A stretch of 61,112 nt of DNA from Lachnospira sp. UBA4285 (GCA_002394965.1 DGVL01000088.1:1-61112); one strand, 5' to 3'. Shown: positions 8,592 to 18,023, counted from the first letter of the stretch. Numbers and translations: made by a program. The notes: generated from the letters alone by a model not told the origin.

Positions 8592-9641
8592 ATGGGTGAA
8601 ATTGTTTTAAAGAACGTCACGAAGAAATTCGGAAGCAACACCGTCATACAGAATCTGAATCTGACGATCAAAGACGGATCATTCACGGTGCTTGTCGGGC
8701 CATCCGGATGCGGCAAAACGACGCTGCTGCGGATGATAGCCGGCATTGGCCCGCAGACATCCGGTACGGTGTGCATTGACGGAAAAGATATTTCCGAGGT
8801 GGCACCGGGAGACCGCGGTGTCGCGATGGTTTTTCAGAACTATGCGATTTATCCGACGATGTCTGTATATGAAAACATTGAGTTTGGTCTGAAGAACAAT
8901 CACATTCCTAAGGATAAGAGAAGAAAGCTGGTTGATGACGCCTGTGAAAAGGTCGGCCTTCAGGAACTGAAGGACAGACAGCCGAACGCCCTGTCCGGCG
9001 GACAGAGACAGCGGGTCGCTCTTGCGCGGGCTATCGTCAAGCAGCCTTCTGTCTTCCTGATGGATGAGCCGCTTTCGAACCTGGATGCCAAGCTGAGAGT
9101 ACAGATGCGCGTTGAACTGATCGAACTCCATCACAAGCTGAAGACGACTTTTGTGTATGTGACACATGATCAGATTGAGGCGATGTCCATGGCGGACACC
9201 ATCGTTCTGATGAATGAAGGCAAGATCATGCAGATGGATTCTCCGAGAAAGCTGTACCGGGATCCGGACAATCTCTTTGCTGCCCGCTTCATCGGGTCGC
9301 CGGCCATGAACATCCGCAGGTTCGGAAATGAGGAGTACGTCCTTGGCTTCCGCCCGGAGAAGGGCATTATCAGTACCCAGGAGCCTCAGGGATGTTACCG
9401 GACGAGCGGGACGGTGGTGGCCAAAGAGGATCTCGGAAGCGAAATCCATTATTCCGTCCGGGATATGTACGACGATGTATCGGTCATCCGGTCGGAAGAG
9501 GATGACATCACAGTCGGAGAAAAGGTCTGGATCGGTGCAAAGCCGGAAAATATCTACCTGTTTGGAAACGATCAGCTCCGGATCCGGGAGGATGATCCGC
9601 GGTATCCGGATCTGTGCCGTCAGGTCCTGGCACTGCAGTAA
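8592..9641 (+). CDS. Sugar ABC transporter ATP-binding protein (MsmK/MalK/UgpC type); the only ATPase in the locus
   Basis: 349 aa. Walker A 'GPSGCGKTT', Q-loop 'VFQNYA', signature 'LSGGQRQR', Walker B 'VFLMDEPLS', H-loop 'VTHD', and a C-terminal regulatory (TOBE-like) extension. Confidence 0.92.
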   Translation: MGEIVLKNVTKKFGSNTVIQNLNLTIKDGSFTVLVGPSGCGKTTLLRMIAGIGPQTSGTVCIDGKDISEVAPGDRGVAMVFQNYAIYPTMSVYENIEFGLKNNHIPKDKRRKLVDDACEKVGLQELKDRQPNALSGGQRQRVALARAIVKQPSVFLMDEPLSNLDAKLRVQMRVELIELHHKLKTTFVYVTHDQIEAMSMADTIVLMNEGKIMQMDSPRKLYRDPDNLFAARFIGSPAMNIRRFGNEEYVLGFRPEKGIISTQEPQGCYRTSGTVVAKEDLGSEIHYSVRDMYDDVSVIRSEEDDITVGEKVWIGAKPENIYLFGNDQLRIREDDPRYPDLCRQVLALQ

Positions 9642-9680
9642 GGATGCGACAGGGCTTACGCAGGCTGGCAGGAGGTCAGA

Positions 9681-10607
9681 ATGAAAAAAAACACAACCAA
9701 TACTGAGGAACTTGAGACAAGACACAGGGGTAACTGGAAAGAGAAGATCAAGCCGTACCTGTACATAGCCCCTGCCTTCGTCGGAATCGGGCTGTTCACG
9801 ATCTATCCGGTCATCAAGGTACTGATCTGGTCATTCCAGAAGGTAAATCAGCTGGATACATCGAAAACAAAATGGGTCGGAATGAAAAATTATTCCTATC
9901 TCCTTTCAAACGGCGCATTTCAGAAGACGCTGCTGAACACGTTCATTTACACCGGAGCGACGCTTGCCATCATCATGACATGTGCTCTGATCCTGGCATT
10001 CTGGCTGAACAAATCGCAGGGGCATCTGACGATGTTCACGCAGGGCGCTGCATTTATGCCGCATGTAATCTCGTCCGTGTCGATCGCCCTGGTTTTCTCC
10101 ATGATGATGAACCCGTCCTTCGGCCTGTTTAACAAGGTCTTAACGGCCGTAGGGCTTCCGGCCTCTCCGTGGCTGACAAGTTCCAGCACGGCGATGCCCA
10201 GCGTCGTCGGTGTCGCAAGCTGGAAGGCAATCGGTTACTACTGCCTGATCATCATCGGGGCGCTGCAGAGCATATCCGCCAGCATCTATGAGGCGGCTTC
10301 GCTTGACAATGCGGGGGCCGGTGTCACACTCCGCAAGATCACGATTCCGATGATCTCCCCACAGCTGTTCTTCGTGATGATCACCATGACGATCGGATCG
10401 TTCAAGGTGTTTGATACCGTCCGGCTTCTGACAGATGGCGGTCCCAACAATGCGACATCGGTTCTTGTTTACTACATCTATAAACAGGTGTTCTGGGAGA
10501 GCAATATCGGACGTGCGTGTGCCGCTGGCATTGTGCTTCTTGTCCTGGTAGGAGTTCTTACGGTTATTTATTTCAGGCTCCTGTCCAAACGGGTGCATTA
10601 CCAGTGA
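9681..10607 (+). CDS. CUT1 sugar ABC transporter permease (MalF/UgpA type)
   Basis: 308 aa with about 6 TM helices. EAA-loop-like 'YEAASLDNAGAGVTLRKITIP'. GGAGG RBS. Confidence 0.88.
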   Translation: MKKNTTNTEELETRHRGNWKEKIKPYLYIAPAFVGIGLFTIYPVIKVLIWSFQKVNQLDTSKTKWVGMKNYSYLLSNGAFQKTLLNTFIYTGATLAIIMTCALILAFWLNKSQGHLTMFTQGAAFMPHVISSVSIALVFSMMMNPSFGLFNKVLTAVGLPASPWLTSSSTAMPSVVGVASWKAIGYYCLIIIGALQSISASIYEAASLDNAGAGVTLRKITIPMISPQLFFVMITMTIGSFKVFDTVRLLTDGGPNNATSVLVYYIYKQVFWESNIGRACAAGIVLLVLVGVLTVIYFRLLSKRVHYQ

Positions 10608-10634
10608 GAAGCGGATATCGGGGGAGCAGATACT

Positions 10635-11465
10635 ATGTATAAGGTTAGAAAAAGAATTGGTTCCGTCATTTCGGTGATTTTAAAACTGATCGTCTCGTTT
10701 ATCTTTATTTTCCCGTTTCTCTGGATGCTTTCCGTGTCCCTGCAGTCGGACGCGGAGACACAGTCGATGAGCCTGACGCTGATCCCAAAGGTGCTGCAAT
10801 TCCAGAACTATGTGAATGCGTGGCACAGCGCCCCGTTCCCGCTGTATATCCGGAACTCGCTGCTGATCATCGTGGGGATCGTTGTACTTCAGATGCTCAT
10901 CATGGTGCCGGCCGCATACGCCTTCGCCAAGATGGAGTTCAAGGGCAAGAATATACTGTTCGGCATTATTCTGATTGCCTTCATGATGCCGATTCAGATC
11001 CGGTTTATCCCGATTTATTTCATGATGTCAGACTGGAATCTGATAGATACGCTCTGGTCGCAGATTATTCCGCACATGACGGACGCATTCGGCATCTTCC
11101 TGCTGCGGCAGTATTTCATGCAGGTTCCGGATGAGCTCATTGAGGCGGCAAAACTCGATAAATCCACCGACCTTCAGATCATGTGGAAGATCATGCTTCC
11201 GATGAGCCGTCCGGGTGTTGCTTCGGTCATACTGCTTTCATTTGTCGGACACTGGAACGATTACTTCTGGCCTCTGGTTATGACCAACAGTGACGCGGTG
11301 CGCCCGATTACAATCGGTGTCGCAAGACTCAAGGCGACAGAAGGCTCGCTGTTCTGGAACACAATCATGGCCGGCAACATGTTCCTCGTGATTCCGGTTC
11401 TGATCATTTACTTCTTTATGGCAAGAAATATCATCAAGTCCTTCACCTATACCGGAATCAAGTAA
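10635..11465 (+). CDS. CUT1 sugar ABC transporter permease (MalG/UgpE type)
   Basis: 276 aa. EAA loop 'IEAAKLDKSTDLQIMWKIMLP'. Confidence 0.88.
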   Translation: MYKVRKRIGSVISVILKLIVSFIFIFPFLWMLSVSLQSDAETQSMSLTLIPKVLQFQNYVNAWHSAPFPLYIRNSLLIIVGIVVLQMLIMVPAAYAFAKMEFKGKNILFGIILIAFMMPIQIRFIPIYFMMSDWNLIDTLWSQIIPHMTDAFGIFLLRQYFMQVPDELIEAAKLDKSTDLQIMWKIMLPMSRPGVASVILLSFVGHWNDYFWPLVMTNSDAVRPITIGVARLKATEGSLFWNTIMAGNMFLVIPVLIIYFFMARNIIKSFTYTGIK

Positions 11466-11533
11466 GGTTCTTTCATTTCAAATTCAAACAGCCCGGCGTC
11501 AGAATGCGGGTGATTAAAAAAGGGAGGTATGTA

Positions 11534-12934
11534 ATGAATAAACGGATTATGGCAGCGGCACTGAGCGCGTCAATGGCTCTGGGGCTGACAGCCTGCGGCG
11601 GGGCAGGCGGCGGAGCGTCGACAACCGCCAAAACAGAGGCAGCCAAAACAACAGCGGCAGCATCCAGTACGACCACGGCAGCGGCGACAACCAAAGCAGC
11701 CGCATCTCAGAGCTCGGACGGCAGCACGGTGGAGATCAATTTCTGGCACAGCATGGGCGGCAAGAACGGCGAGGTCCTGGCGGCGATTGTAGACAGCTAC
11801 AATGCTTCCCAGAGCAAGGTGCATGTGACCGCCACCTATCAGGGCGGCTATTATGATTCCATTGCCAACGCTCAGACAGCCATTGCGGCCGGAAACGGGC
11901 CGGATCTGATCCAGTCCGGCACCGGACAGGTGTTCCTTCTTTCAGGCACAGAGGGAATCGTCGCCAATATGTATGATTATCTGGACAAGAACGACGGCCT
12001 TTCCCGGGACGATTTCTACAACAGTTTCATCTATATGTACGAGTCGGATCAGAATGGAAAGAAGTTCCTGTCCTGCCTTCCGATGGGCTCGTCCACACCG
12101 GTTCTGTACTGCAACAAGACGCTGCTTGACAAGGCCGGCGTATCCATTCCGAAGACATGGGACGAGATGAAGGAAGCCTGTGCGACGCTGGTTGACGGCG
12201 GATACTGTGACTACGGCTTTGCCCAGCCGCGTGATTCCTGGTATTTCTGGATGGCGATTCCGAACTTCACCGGCAAGGAGGCATTTTCGTCCGACGGCCT
12301 GAAGCTTGACTGCAAGGACGGAGCTGTGAAGACGTATACATTTGCCCAGGATCTTATAAAGAAGAACTACATGTATCCGGGCCCTGCGTCCGAGGGCGGT
12401 GCGACGATCAACCAGATGATGCAGGCGCAGCAGTGCGCGTTCTACATCAACTCGGTCGGCGGTCTCAAGAACCAGGAGACAGCGGCAGAGGCAGGCGGAT
12501 ATGAACTCGTCGTGTCGGATGTTCCGGCCGGAGCGACCAAGGATGTTCCGTCGGGCGGTAATGTTCTGGTAATGCTGGAAGGCGACCAGAAGAAGAAAGA
12601 CGCTACCTGGGATTTCCTGAAGTGGATGTACACCAGCGATGACGGTATCGCGAAATTCATCGCCAACAGCGGATATTTTGCACCGACAGAGAAAGTCAAG
12701 AATTCCAAGCCGGTGGCGGACAAGCTGACGAACGACGAGAACTACAAGAGAGCATACAGCGCCATCGACAATGTAAACAGCAACTATTATATGGTAAATG
12801 GTTCTTCCAATCTCTCCACACCGATCATGACATTTATGGATGCCGTGTTCTATGATCTGGAGGATCCGGCCGCCCAGTACGATGTGCTCAAGGAAGCATG
12901 TGATGAGGCGCTGGCGGAAGCAAATGACAAGTAA
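11534..12934 (+). CDS. ABC transporter extracellular solute-binding lipoprotein (cassette A)
   Basis: The ORF track starts at 11504, but GGGAGG (11522-11527) precedes the ATG at 11534 ('MNKRIMAAALSASMALGLTACGG'). Lipobox LTAC followed by an Ala/Thr/Ser-rich linker. Family-1 SBP length. Confidence 0.85.
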   Translation: MNKRIMAAALSASMALGLTACGGAGGGASTTAKTEAAKTTAAASSTTTAAATTKAAASQSSDGSTVEINFWHSMGGKNGEVLAAIVDSYNASQSKVHVTATYQGGYYDSIANAQTAIAAGNGPDLIQSGTGQVFLLSGTEGIVANMYDYLDKNDGLSRDDFYNSFIYMYESDQNGKKFLSCLPMGSSTPVLYCNKTLLDKAGVSIPKTWDEMKEACATLVDGGYCDYGFAQPRDSWYFWMAIPNFTGKEAFSSDGLKLDCKDGAVKTYTFAQDLIKKNYMYPGPASEGGATINQMMQAQQCAFYINSVGGLKNQETAAEAGGYELVVSDVPAGATKDVPSGGNVLVMLEGDQKKKDATWDFLKWMYTSDDGIAKFIANSGYFAPTEKVKNSKPVADKLTNDENYKRAYSAIDNVNSNYYMVNGSSNLSTPIMTFMDAVFYDLEDPAAQYDVLKEACDEALAEANDK

Positions 12935-12984
12935 GCGATAAAAGCGCAATACCATCAGCTTAGAGTTTTGTTTTGGCAAACCGG

Positions 12985-13019
12985 CAGGCTGCGGATAAGC
13001 AAAGCCGCAGCCTGTTTTT
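12985..13019 (+). terminator. Rho-independent terminator/stabiliser hairpin after the SBP gene
   Basis: Perfect 10-bp stem CAGGCTGCGG / CCGCAGCCTG, 10-nt loop, then TTTTT. Confidence 0.7.
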
Positions 13020-13031
13020 AGTTTCAGGACT

Positions 13032-14342
13032 GTGACAATGAAGAAGAAAAAACTGATCGTAATGTCTAACGACGCCCTCGTTTACGAGGACCTGAAGACT
13101 TTGGAGAATATGCCGGAGCTGGCACCTGTATTTAAAGAAGGCGCCATGGTGCGGCACGTGCGGACCATCTATCCGTCCGTCACATATCCCTGCCATGTGA
13201 GCATCGCTTCCGGCTGCTATCCGGACAAGACCGGCATCGTGAGCAACTCGGTCGTAAAACCGGGGTGCTGCGGGCCCAAGCCGTGGGAGTGGTTCCATGA
13301 TTCCGTCAAATGCCGGGATATCTTTGACGCGGCCAAAGCTGCGGGACTTACCACCGGCGCCGTGTTCTGGCCGGTCACCGGAAACCATCCGTCGATTGAC
13401 TGGCTCGTGGACGAGTACTGGCCGCAGAGTGAGAATGACGACATGCGCGATGTGTTTCTGCGCAGCGGAACATCCGAGGAGCTGTGGGACCGCGTCGTAC
13501 GTCACTACGTCAGGGGCTGCCACATCCGAAAGCACCCGGAGACAAACTACCTGATCATGGACTGCGCTTGCGACATCATCAAATACTATCAGCCGGATCT
13601 GCTGATGCTCCATCCCGCGAACATCGATGCCGCAAGACATCACAGCGGCGTGTTCTCGGATCTGGTGACCGATGCGGTGCGAAGCGCCGGTGAGTGGATG
13701 GTGCGGGTCATCACAGCCACAAAAAATGCGGGCACCTTTGAGAATACGGTTTTTGCATTTGTCAGTGACCACGGACAGCTGAACATCACCAGGCGCATCA
13801 ATCTGAATGTGCTGCTTCGGGAGGCCGGTCTCATTGATGTGGACGAGAACGGTGAAGTGGCAGACTGGCGAGCATGGAGTCACTCCGTCGGGCTGTCTGC
13901 CCAGATTTATCTTAAAAATCCGGAGGATGCCGATACGCTGCAGAAAGTGGAGAACGTTCTGAAACAGGCTGTCAGCCGCGGCGTGTACGGAATGGAAAGG
14001 TATTACACGAAGCAGCAGGCGGAGGAAGAGGAGCATCTGGCGGGGGATTTCTCCTTTGTTGTTGAGACAGACGGGTACACCTCGTTTGCAGACGACTGGA
14101 AAGAACCGCTGGTACACCCGATGGATCTGGGCGATTACCGGTACGGTAAGGCGACACACGGGCATAACCCGTCCAAGGGACCGCAGCCGCCGCTGATTCT
14201 GTGGGGCCCGGGAATAAAGAAGGGCGCCGTGCTGGATCGCTGCAATATTGTTGATGAGGCACCGACATTCGCGGACATCTTAGGGCTTTCCCTTCCGGAT
14301 GCCGACGGACGGAGCCTGCGTGAACTGTTGGAAGAGGCGTGA
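13032..14342 (+). CDS. Cytoplasmic alkaline-phosphatase-superfamily phosphodiesterase/nucleotide pyrophosphatase (NPP type)
   Basis: 436 aa (GTG at 13032, or ATG at 13038). NPP nucleophile motif 'YPSVTYPCHVSIASG' and metal-site motif 'FVSDHGQ'. No signal peptide. Confidence 0.8.
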   Translation: MTMKKKKLIVMSNDALVYEDLKTLENMPELAPVFKEGAMVRHVRTIYPSVTYPCHVSIASGCYPDKTGIVSNSVVKPGCCGPKPWEWFHDSVKCRDIFDAAKAAGLTTGAVFWPVTGNHPSIDWLVDEYWPQSENDDMRDVFLRSGTSEELWDRVVRHYVRGCHIRKHPETNYLIMDCACDIIKYYQPDLLMLHPANIDAARHHSGVFSDLVTDAVRSAGEWMVRVITATKNAGTFENTVFAFVSDHGQLNITRRINLNVLLREAGLIDVDENGEVADWRAWSHSVGLSAQIYLKNPEDADTLQKVENVLKQAVSRGVYGMERYYTKQQAEEEEHLAGDFSFVVETDGYTSFADDWKEPLVHPMDLGDYRYGKATHGHNPSKGPQPPLILWGPGIKKGAVLDRCNIVDEAPTFADILGLSLPDADGRSLRELLEEA

Positions 14343-14475
14343 GAGGAGGCACAGACAGAAAATCAGCGGAAGGCTGTCATCCGGGTCTGCACAAGCTTGT
14401 GCGTTCTGTTCGTAATGCAGATGAACATACCGGAAACAGAACACGGACAGCACAAACGATATTGGGGGACTTTCT

Positions 14476-15777
14476 ATGGCACTGGGTATCATAATCTGTA
14501 TTGTATTCTTAATCATGGCCGCTCTCATGATGACCAAGAAGATGCCGACACTGCTGGCACTTCCCATCATGGCGGTGCTGATTGCACTGATTGCCGGAAT
14601 GCCGATCAATTCCGGCGACGAAAATCTCTTTAAAACGGTTATTGCCGGAGGATCCACAAAACTGGCGGGAACGTATATTGCCATTCTGATCGCCTGCTGG
14701 CTGTCTCAGATCATGAGCCATACCGGCGTTACCAACACAGTCATCAAAAAGGCTGCGGAACTGGGCGGAGACAAGCCGTTTGTTGTGGCAGAGCTCATGT
14801 GCATCGTGACGCTTGTTCTCTTCACGGTTCTCATGGGAACCGGAGCTGTCGTCATGGTTGGCACGATTGTGCTTCCGATCCTGCTTTCGGTTGGCGTGCC
14901 GCCTATTGTCGCGAGCAATATCTTCCTCTGCGGTGTCTCAGGCGGTTATATCCTGAATCCGGCCAATATGTCCGGACTGATCAATATTACCGGGATCACG
15001 CAGTCGGACCTCACGATGTGTGCAGTTGTCGTGGCCGTGGGAGAAGTGGTATTCCTTACAACCGAACTGGTCGTGACATTTAAAAAGAACGGAAAGAAAT
15101 ATGCATTTGCAGCACCGGTAAAAGAGGAAGAAACACCGGATGACGAGCCGGAGACACTTCACGGCTTCCGGGGATTCATGGCATGCATCACGCCGGTTGT
15201 CATTGTAGTTCTGGCACTTGTCTTCAAGCTCGATGCCATCGTCTGCTTCTTCATCGGCATTCTCTGGATCATCATTTTTACGATTCATGGCAAATGGTCA
15301 AAGTACATGAGCATGATCACAAGGAGCTGCTATGACGGATTCAAGGACGGAGCGCCGGCCGCGATTCTCTTTGTCGGCATCGGCATGCTTCTGGCAGCGG
15401 TAACGGCCAAGGTTACACAGACGGCTCTGAATCCATTCATGACGGCGATCACGCCGAAGAGTGCCATCGGGTTCGTGATTTTCGCCGCGATTCTCTGTCC
15501 GCTGTCTCTTTACAGAGGACCGTTCAATATCTTCGGCCTCGGATCCGGGCTTGCCGCTTCAATCATCGGACTTGGCACACTGCCGGTGAAGCTTGTTGCA
15601 ACGGTATTCTACGCCTGCACCCGCTGGCCGGCTCAGGCAGGCCCGACGGCAACACAGGTTGTCTGGACTTCATCCTTTGTGGGATATGATCCGGTTACAA
15701 CAACAAATAAAATTCAGCCGGCAAACTGGATATTCACAGCCATCACGATTATTATCATGGCACTGTTGTATACCTGA
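14476..15777 (+). CDS. Polytopic permease of the ion-transporter superfamily (GntP/CitMHS/DcuC-like)
   Basis: 433 aa with more than 10 hydrophobic helices in two halves, separated by a charged loop 'KKNGKKYAFAAPVKEEETPDDEPE'. Family assignment is by general resemblance only. Confidence 0.55.
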   Translation: MALGIIICIVFLIMAALMMTKKMPTLLALPIMAVLIALIAGMPINSGDENLFKTVIAGGSTKLAGTYIAILIACWLSQIMSHTGVTNTVIKKAAELGGDKPFVVAELMCIVTLVLFTVLMGTGAVVMVGTIVLPILLSVGVPPIVASNIFLCGVSGGYILNPANMSGLINITGITQSDLTMCAVVVAVGEVVFLTTELVVTFKKNGKKYAFAAPVKEEETPDDEPETLHGFRGFMACITPVVIVVLALVFKLDAIVCFFIGILWIIIFTIHGKWSKYMSMITRSCYDGFKDGAPAAILFVGIGMLLAAVTAKVTQTALNPFMTAITPKSAIGFVIFAAILCPLSLYRGPFNIFGLGSGLAASIIGLGTLPVKLVATVFYACTRWPAQAGPTATQVVWTSSFVGYDPVTTTNKIQPANWIFTAITIIIMALLYT

Positions 15778-15787
15778 ACCGGACACG

Positions 15788-15819
15788 GCGGCTGCTTTTC
15801 GGGACAGAAAAGCAGCCGC
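15788..15819 (+). terminator. Strong intercistronic stem-loop (weak terminator/attenuator or mRNA stabiliser)
   Basis: Perfect 13-bp stem GCGGCTGCTTTTC / GAAAAGCAGCCGC, 6-nt loop. Only a weak U-tract (ACAGGTTTACGCTTT) follows. Confidence 0.4.
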
Positions 15820-15856
15820 ACAGGTTTACGCTTTACAAAGGAAGGAGGACGGATTC

Positions 15857-18016
15857 ATGAAGGTCAGAATTGGCATAGACGTCGGCGGTACATTTACCGA
15901 CGCGGTGGCTATTGATGATGAAACATACCAGCTTATTGGCGCTGTGAAAATACCGACAACCCACACGGCAAAGGAAGGTGTGGCAGCCGGAATTATACTT
16001 GTCCTGAAGAAAATTCTGGAAGAATGTAAGATTTCCCCGGAGGATGTCGTATTTATCGCACATGGCACCACACAGGCGACCAACGCTCTTCTGGAAGGAG
16101 ACGTTGCGCATGTTGGAATTCTCACGCTGGGAAGCGGGCTTGACGGTATGAAAGCCAAAAGAGATTCCGATATGGGGACAATCGAACTGGCAAAAGGAAA
16201 GTTCCTGAAAACCAGCAACTGTTTCGTGAACTCAGCGGACAGCGGCAATATCGACGCGGCAATACGGGATGGCGTGAAAAATCTTATTGACAGCGGATCC
16301 CAGTCGATTGTAGCGACGGAAGCATTCAGCGTGGACAATCCGGAGAATGAGAACAAGGTTGTCGACATCTGCGCACAGATGGGATACCCGGCAACAGCCG
16401 GAAACGATGTATCAAAGCTGTATGGCCTTAAAGTGCGCACACGCACGGCTGTGATTAACGGAAGTATTCTTCCGAAGATGCTCGAGACAGCCAATATGAC
16501 AGAGGAATCCATCAGGAAGGCGAAGATCAAGGCGCCCCTCATGGTGATGCGGTGCGACGGCGGTGTAATGACGATGGATGAGGTGCGCAAGCGCCCGATC
16601 CTCACGATTCTCTCCGGCCCTGCCGCGGGTGTGGCCGGTGCGCTGATGTATGAAAAGCTGACGGACGGGATATTCCTCGAGGTTGGCGGCACAAGTACGG
16701 ATATATCCTGCGTCAAGGACGGCAGTGTACAGATAAAATATGCGGAGGTCGGCGGGCATAAGACATATCTGAATTCTCTTGATGTCCGGACGGTCGGCAT
16801 CGGAGGAGGCTCCATGATCGAGCTTTCCGGGGGCGTGGCAGTTGATTGCGGACCGAGAAGTGCGCATATCGCAAATCTTGACTACGAATGCTACACGGCA
16901 GCGGAAAACATTGTAAATCCGGTGCTGAAGGGGATTCATCCGAAGGATACGGATCCGGAATACGCCTACATTGAATGTGAAAACGGGATGAAATTTGCCC
17001 TGACCCTTTCGGGAGCGGCCAATATCGCAGGCATGGTTCCGGAAAGCGACTACGCGAGAGGCAATATTGAGGCGGCGAAAAAAGCCTGGAAGCCGCTGGC
17101 AGACAATATGCATCTGAGCGTGGAACAGGCAGCGGAAAAGGTGCTGGAATTTGCAGCAAAAAAAGATGGTCTGGTTGTAAATGAACTGATTCATGATTAC
17201 GGACTCAACAAGGATACTGTGGTTCTCGTCGGAGGCGGAGGCGGTGCAAGCTCTATTGTTCCGTTCCTCGGAAAAACTCTCGGATGTCATTTCAAAATCG
17301 CAAAGAATGCATCGGTCATTTCCCCCATCGGCGTTGCCATGGCACTTGTCCGGGATATGGTTGAAAGAACCATCATGAATCCGACAGAGGCGGATATTCT
17401 TGCCATCCGGAAAGAGGCACTTGAAAAGGCTGTTCAATCGGGTGCAGATCCGGGCAGTGTCGAAGTTAAGGTTGAGATCGATACACAGGCCAACAAGCTG
17501 AAAGCTGTGGCGATCGGAGCCACGGAGCTTCGCACGAAGGATATCGCAGGAGCCAGGAAGACACCGGAAGAGATCAAAAAAATCGTGGCAGACAACGCAA
17601 AAATATCGCCGGATCTGGTTGAAATTGTCGGTGAGACTCCCTCGTATTATGCAGTTCAATTCAAGACACAGGTCAAGAGCTTCCTGTTCTTTAAGAAAAC
17701 GATCAATTCCGTCAGGATCGTAGATAAAGACGGGATTATCCGACTGCAGCGAAAGGACGGAGTGATTGCGAAGAGTAAAGTGGCAGACGCTTCAAAGATG
17801 CTGAATCATCTAATTGAAGAATATATGATTGCAGATGACGGCGGCGAAGAGATGCCGAATGTCTTTATCGCAACAGGGAGCAGGATTATTGATCTGTCGG
17901 GAATGCAGAGCAGAGAGCAGATGCGCACGCTGGCCCAGGCCGAACTGGGAGGGCTGAATCCGGATGAACAGCTGCTGTTCCTCTGCACGCTGAAGATGTC
18001 GAATGTGAGGGCGTGA
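15857..18016 (+). CDS. Hydantoinase/oxoprolinase-family (HyuA-like, ASKHA-fold) protein, with no HyuB partner in the window
   Basis: The ORF track starts at 15593, inside the previous gene. GAAGGAGGA (15841-15849) precedes the ATG at 15857. N-terminus 'MKVRIGIDVGGTFTDAV', then 'AHGTTQATNALLEG', 'LSGPAAGV', 'FLEVGGTSTDIS', 'VGIGGGS', 'VLVGGGGGA'. Confidence 0.75.
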   Translation: MKVRIGIDVGGTFTDAVAIDDETYQLIGAVKIPTTHTAKEGVAAGIILVLKKILEECKISPEDVVFIAHGTTQATNALLEGDVAHVGILTLGSGLDGMKAKRDSDMGTIELAKGKFLKTSNCFVNSADSGNIDAAIRDGVKNLIDSGSQSIVATEAFSVDNPENENKVVDICAQMGYPATAGNDVSKLYGLKVRTRTAVINGSILPKMLETANMTEESIRKAKIKAPLMVMRCDGGVMTMDEVRKRPILTILSGPAAGVAGALMYEKLTDGIFLEVGGTSTDISCVKDGSVQIKYAEVGGHKTYLNSLDVRTVGIGGGSMIELSGGVAVDCGPRSAHIANLDYECYTAAENIVNPVLKGIHPKDTDPEYAYIECENGMKFALTLSGAANIAGMVPESDYARGNIEAAKKAWKPLADNMHLSVEQAAEKVLEFAAKKDGLVVNELIHDYGLNKDTVVLVGGGGGASSIVPFLGKTLGCHFKIAKNASVISPIGVAMALVRDMVERTIMNPTEADILAIRKEALEKAVQSGADPGSVEVKVEIDTQANKLKAVAIGATELRTKDIAGARKTPEEIKKIVADNAKISPDLVEIVGETPSYYAVQFKTQVKSFLFFKKTINSVRIVDKDGIIRLQRKDGVIAKSKVADASKMLNHLIEEYMIADDGGEEMPNVFIATGSRIIDLSGMQSREQMRTLAQAELGGLNPDEQLLFLCTLKMSNVRA

Positions 18017-18023
18017 AGGGCTT

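Noticed and set aside
8416-8610. 64-aa ORF in the leader upstream of the ABC ATPase gene, considered as a possible leader peptide
   Set aside because: It has no RBS, it overlaps the ATPase start in another frame, and its composition is unremarkable. Nothing supports translation.
11942-14165. Minus-strand ORFs 11942-12979 (345 aa) and 12960-14165 (401 aa)
   Set aside because: They are antisense to the cassette A SBP and the NPP phosphodiesterase genes. Composition is biased and no motifs are present.
15593-15856. The 88-codon N-terminal extension of the hydantoinase-like ORF; similar upstream extensions occur at 7158, 11504, 24099, 25679, 32033, 38538, 44146 (minus strand), 45909, 49768 and 52234
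   Set aside because: The extensions overlap upstream genes or terminator hairpins and lack ribosome-binding sites. Internal starts preceded by AGGAGG-like sites give canonical family N-termini.
15826-17659. Minus-strand ORFs 15826-16815 (329 aa) and 16412-17659 (415 aa)
   Set aside because: They are antisense to the hydantoinase-like gene, whose plus-strand product carries the family N-terminal signature.
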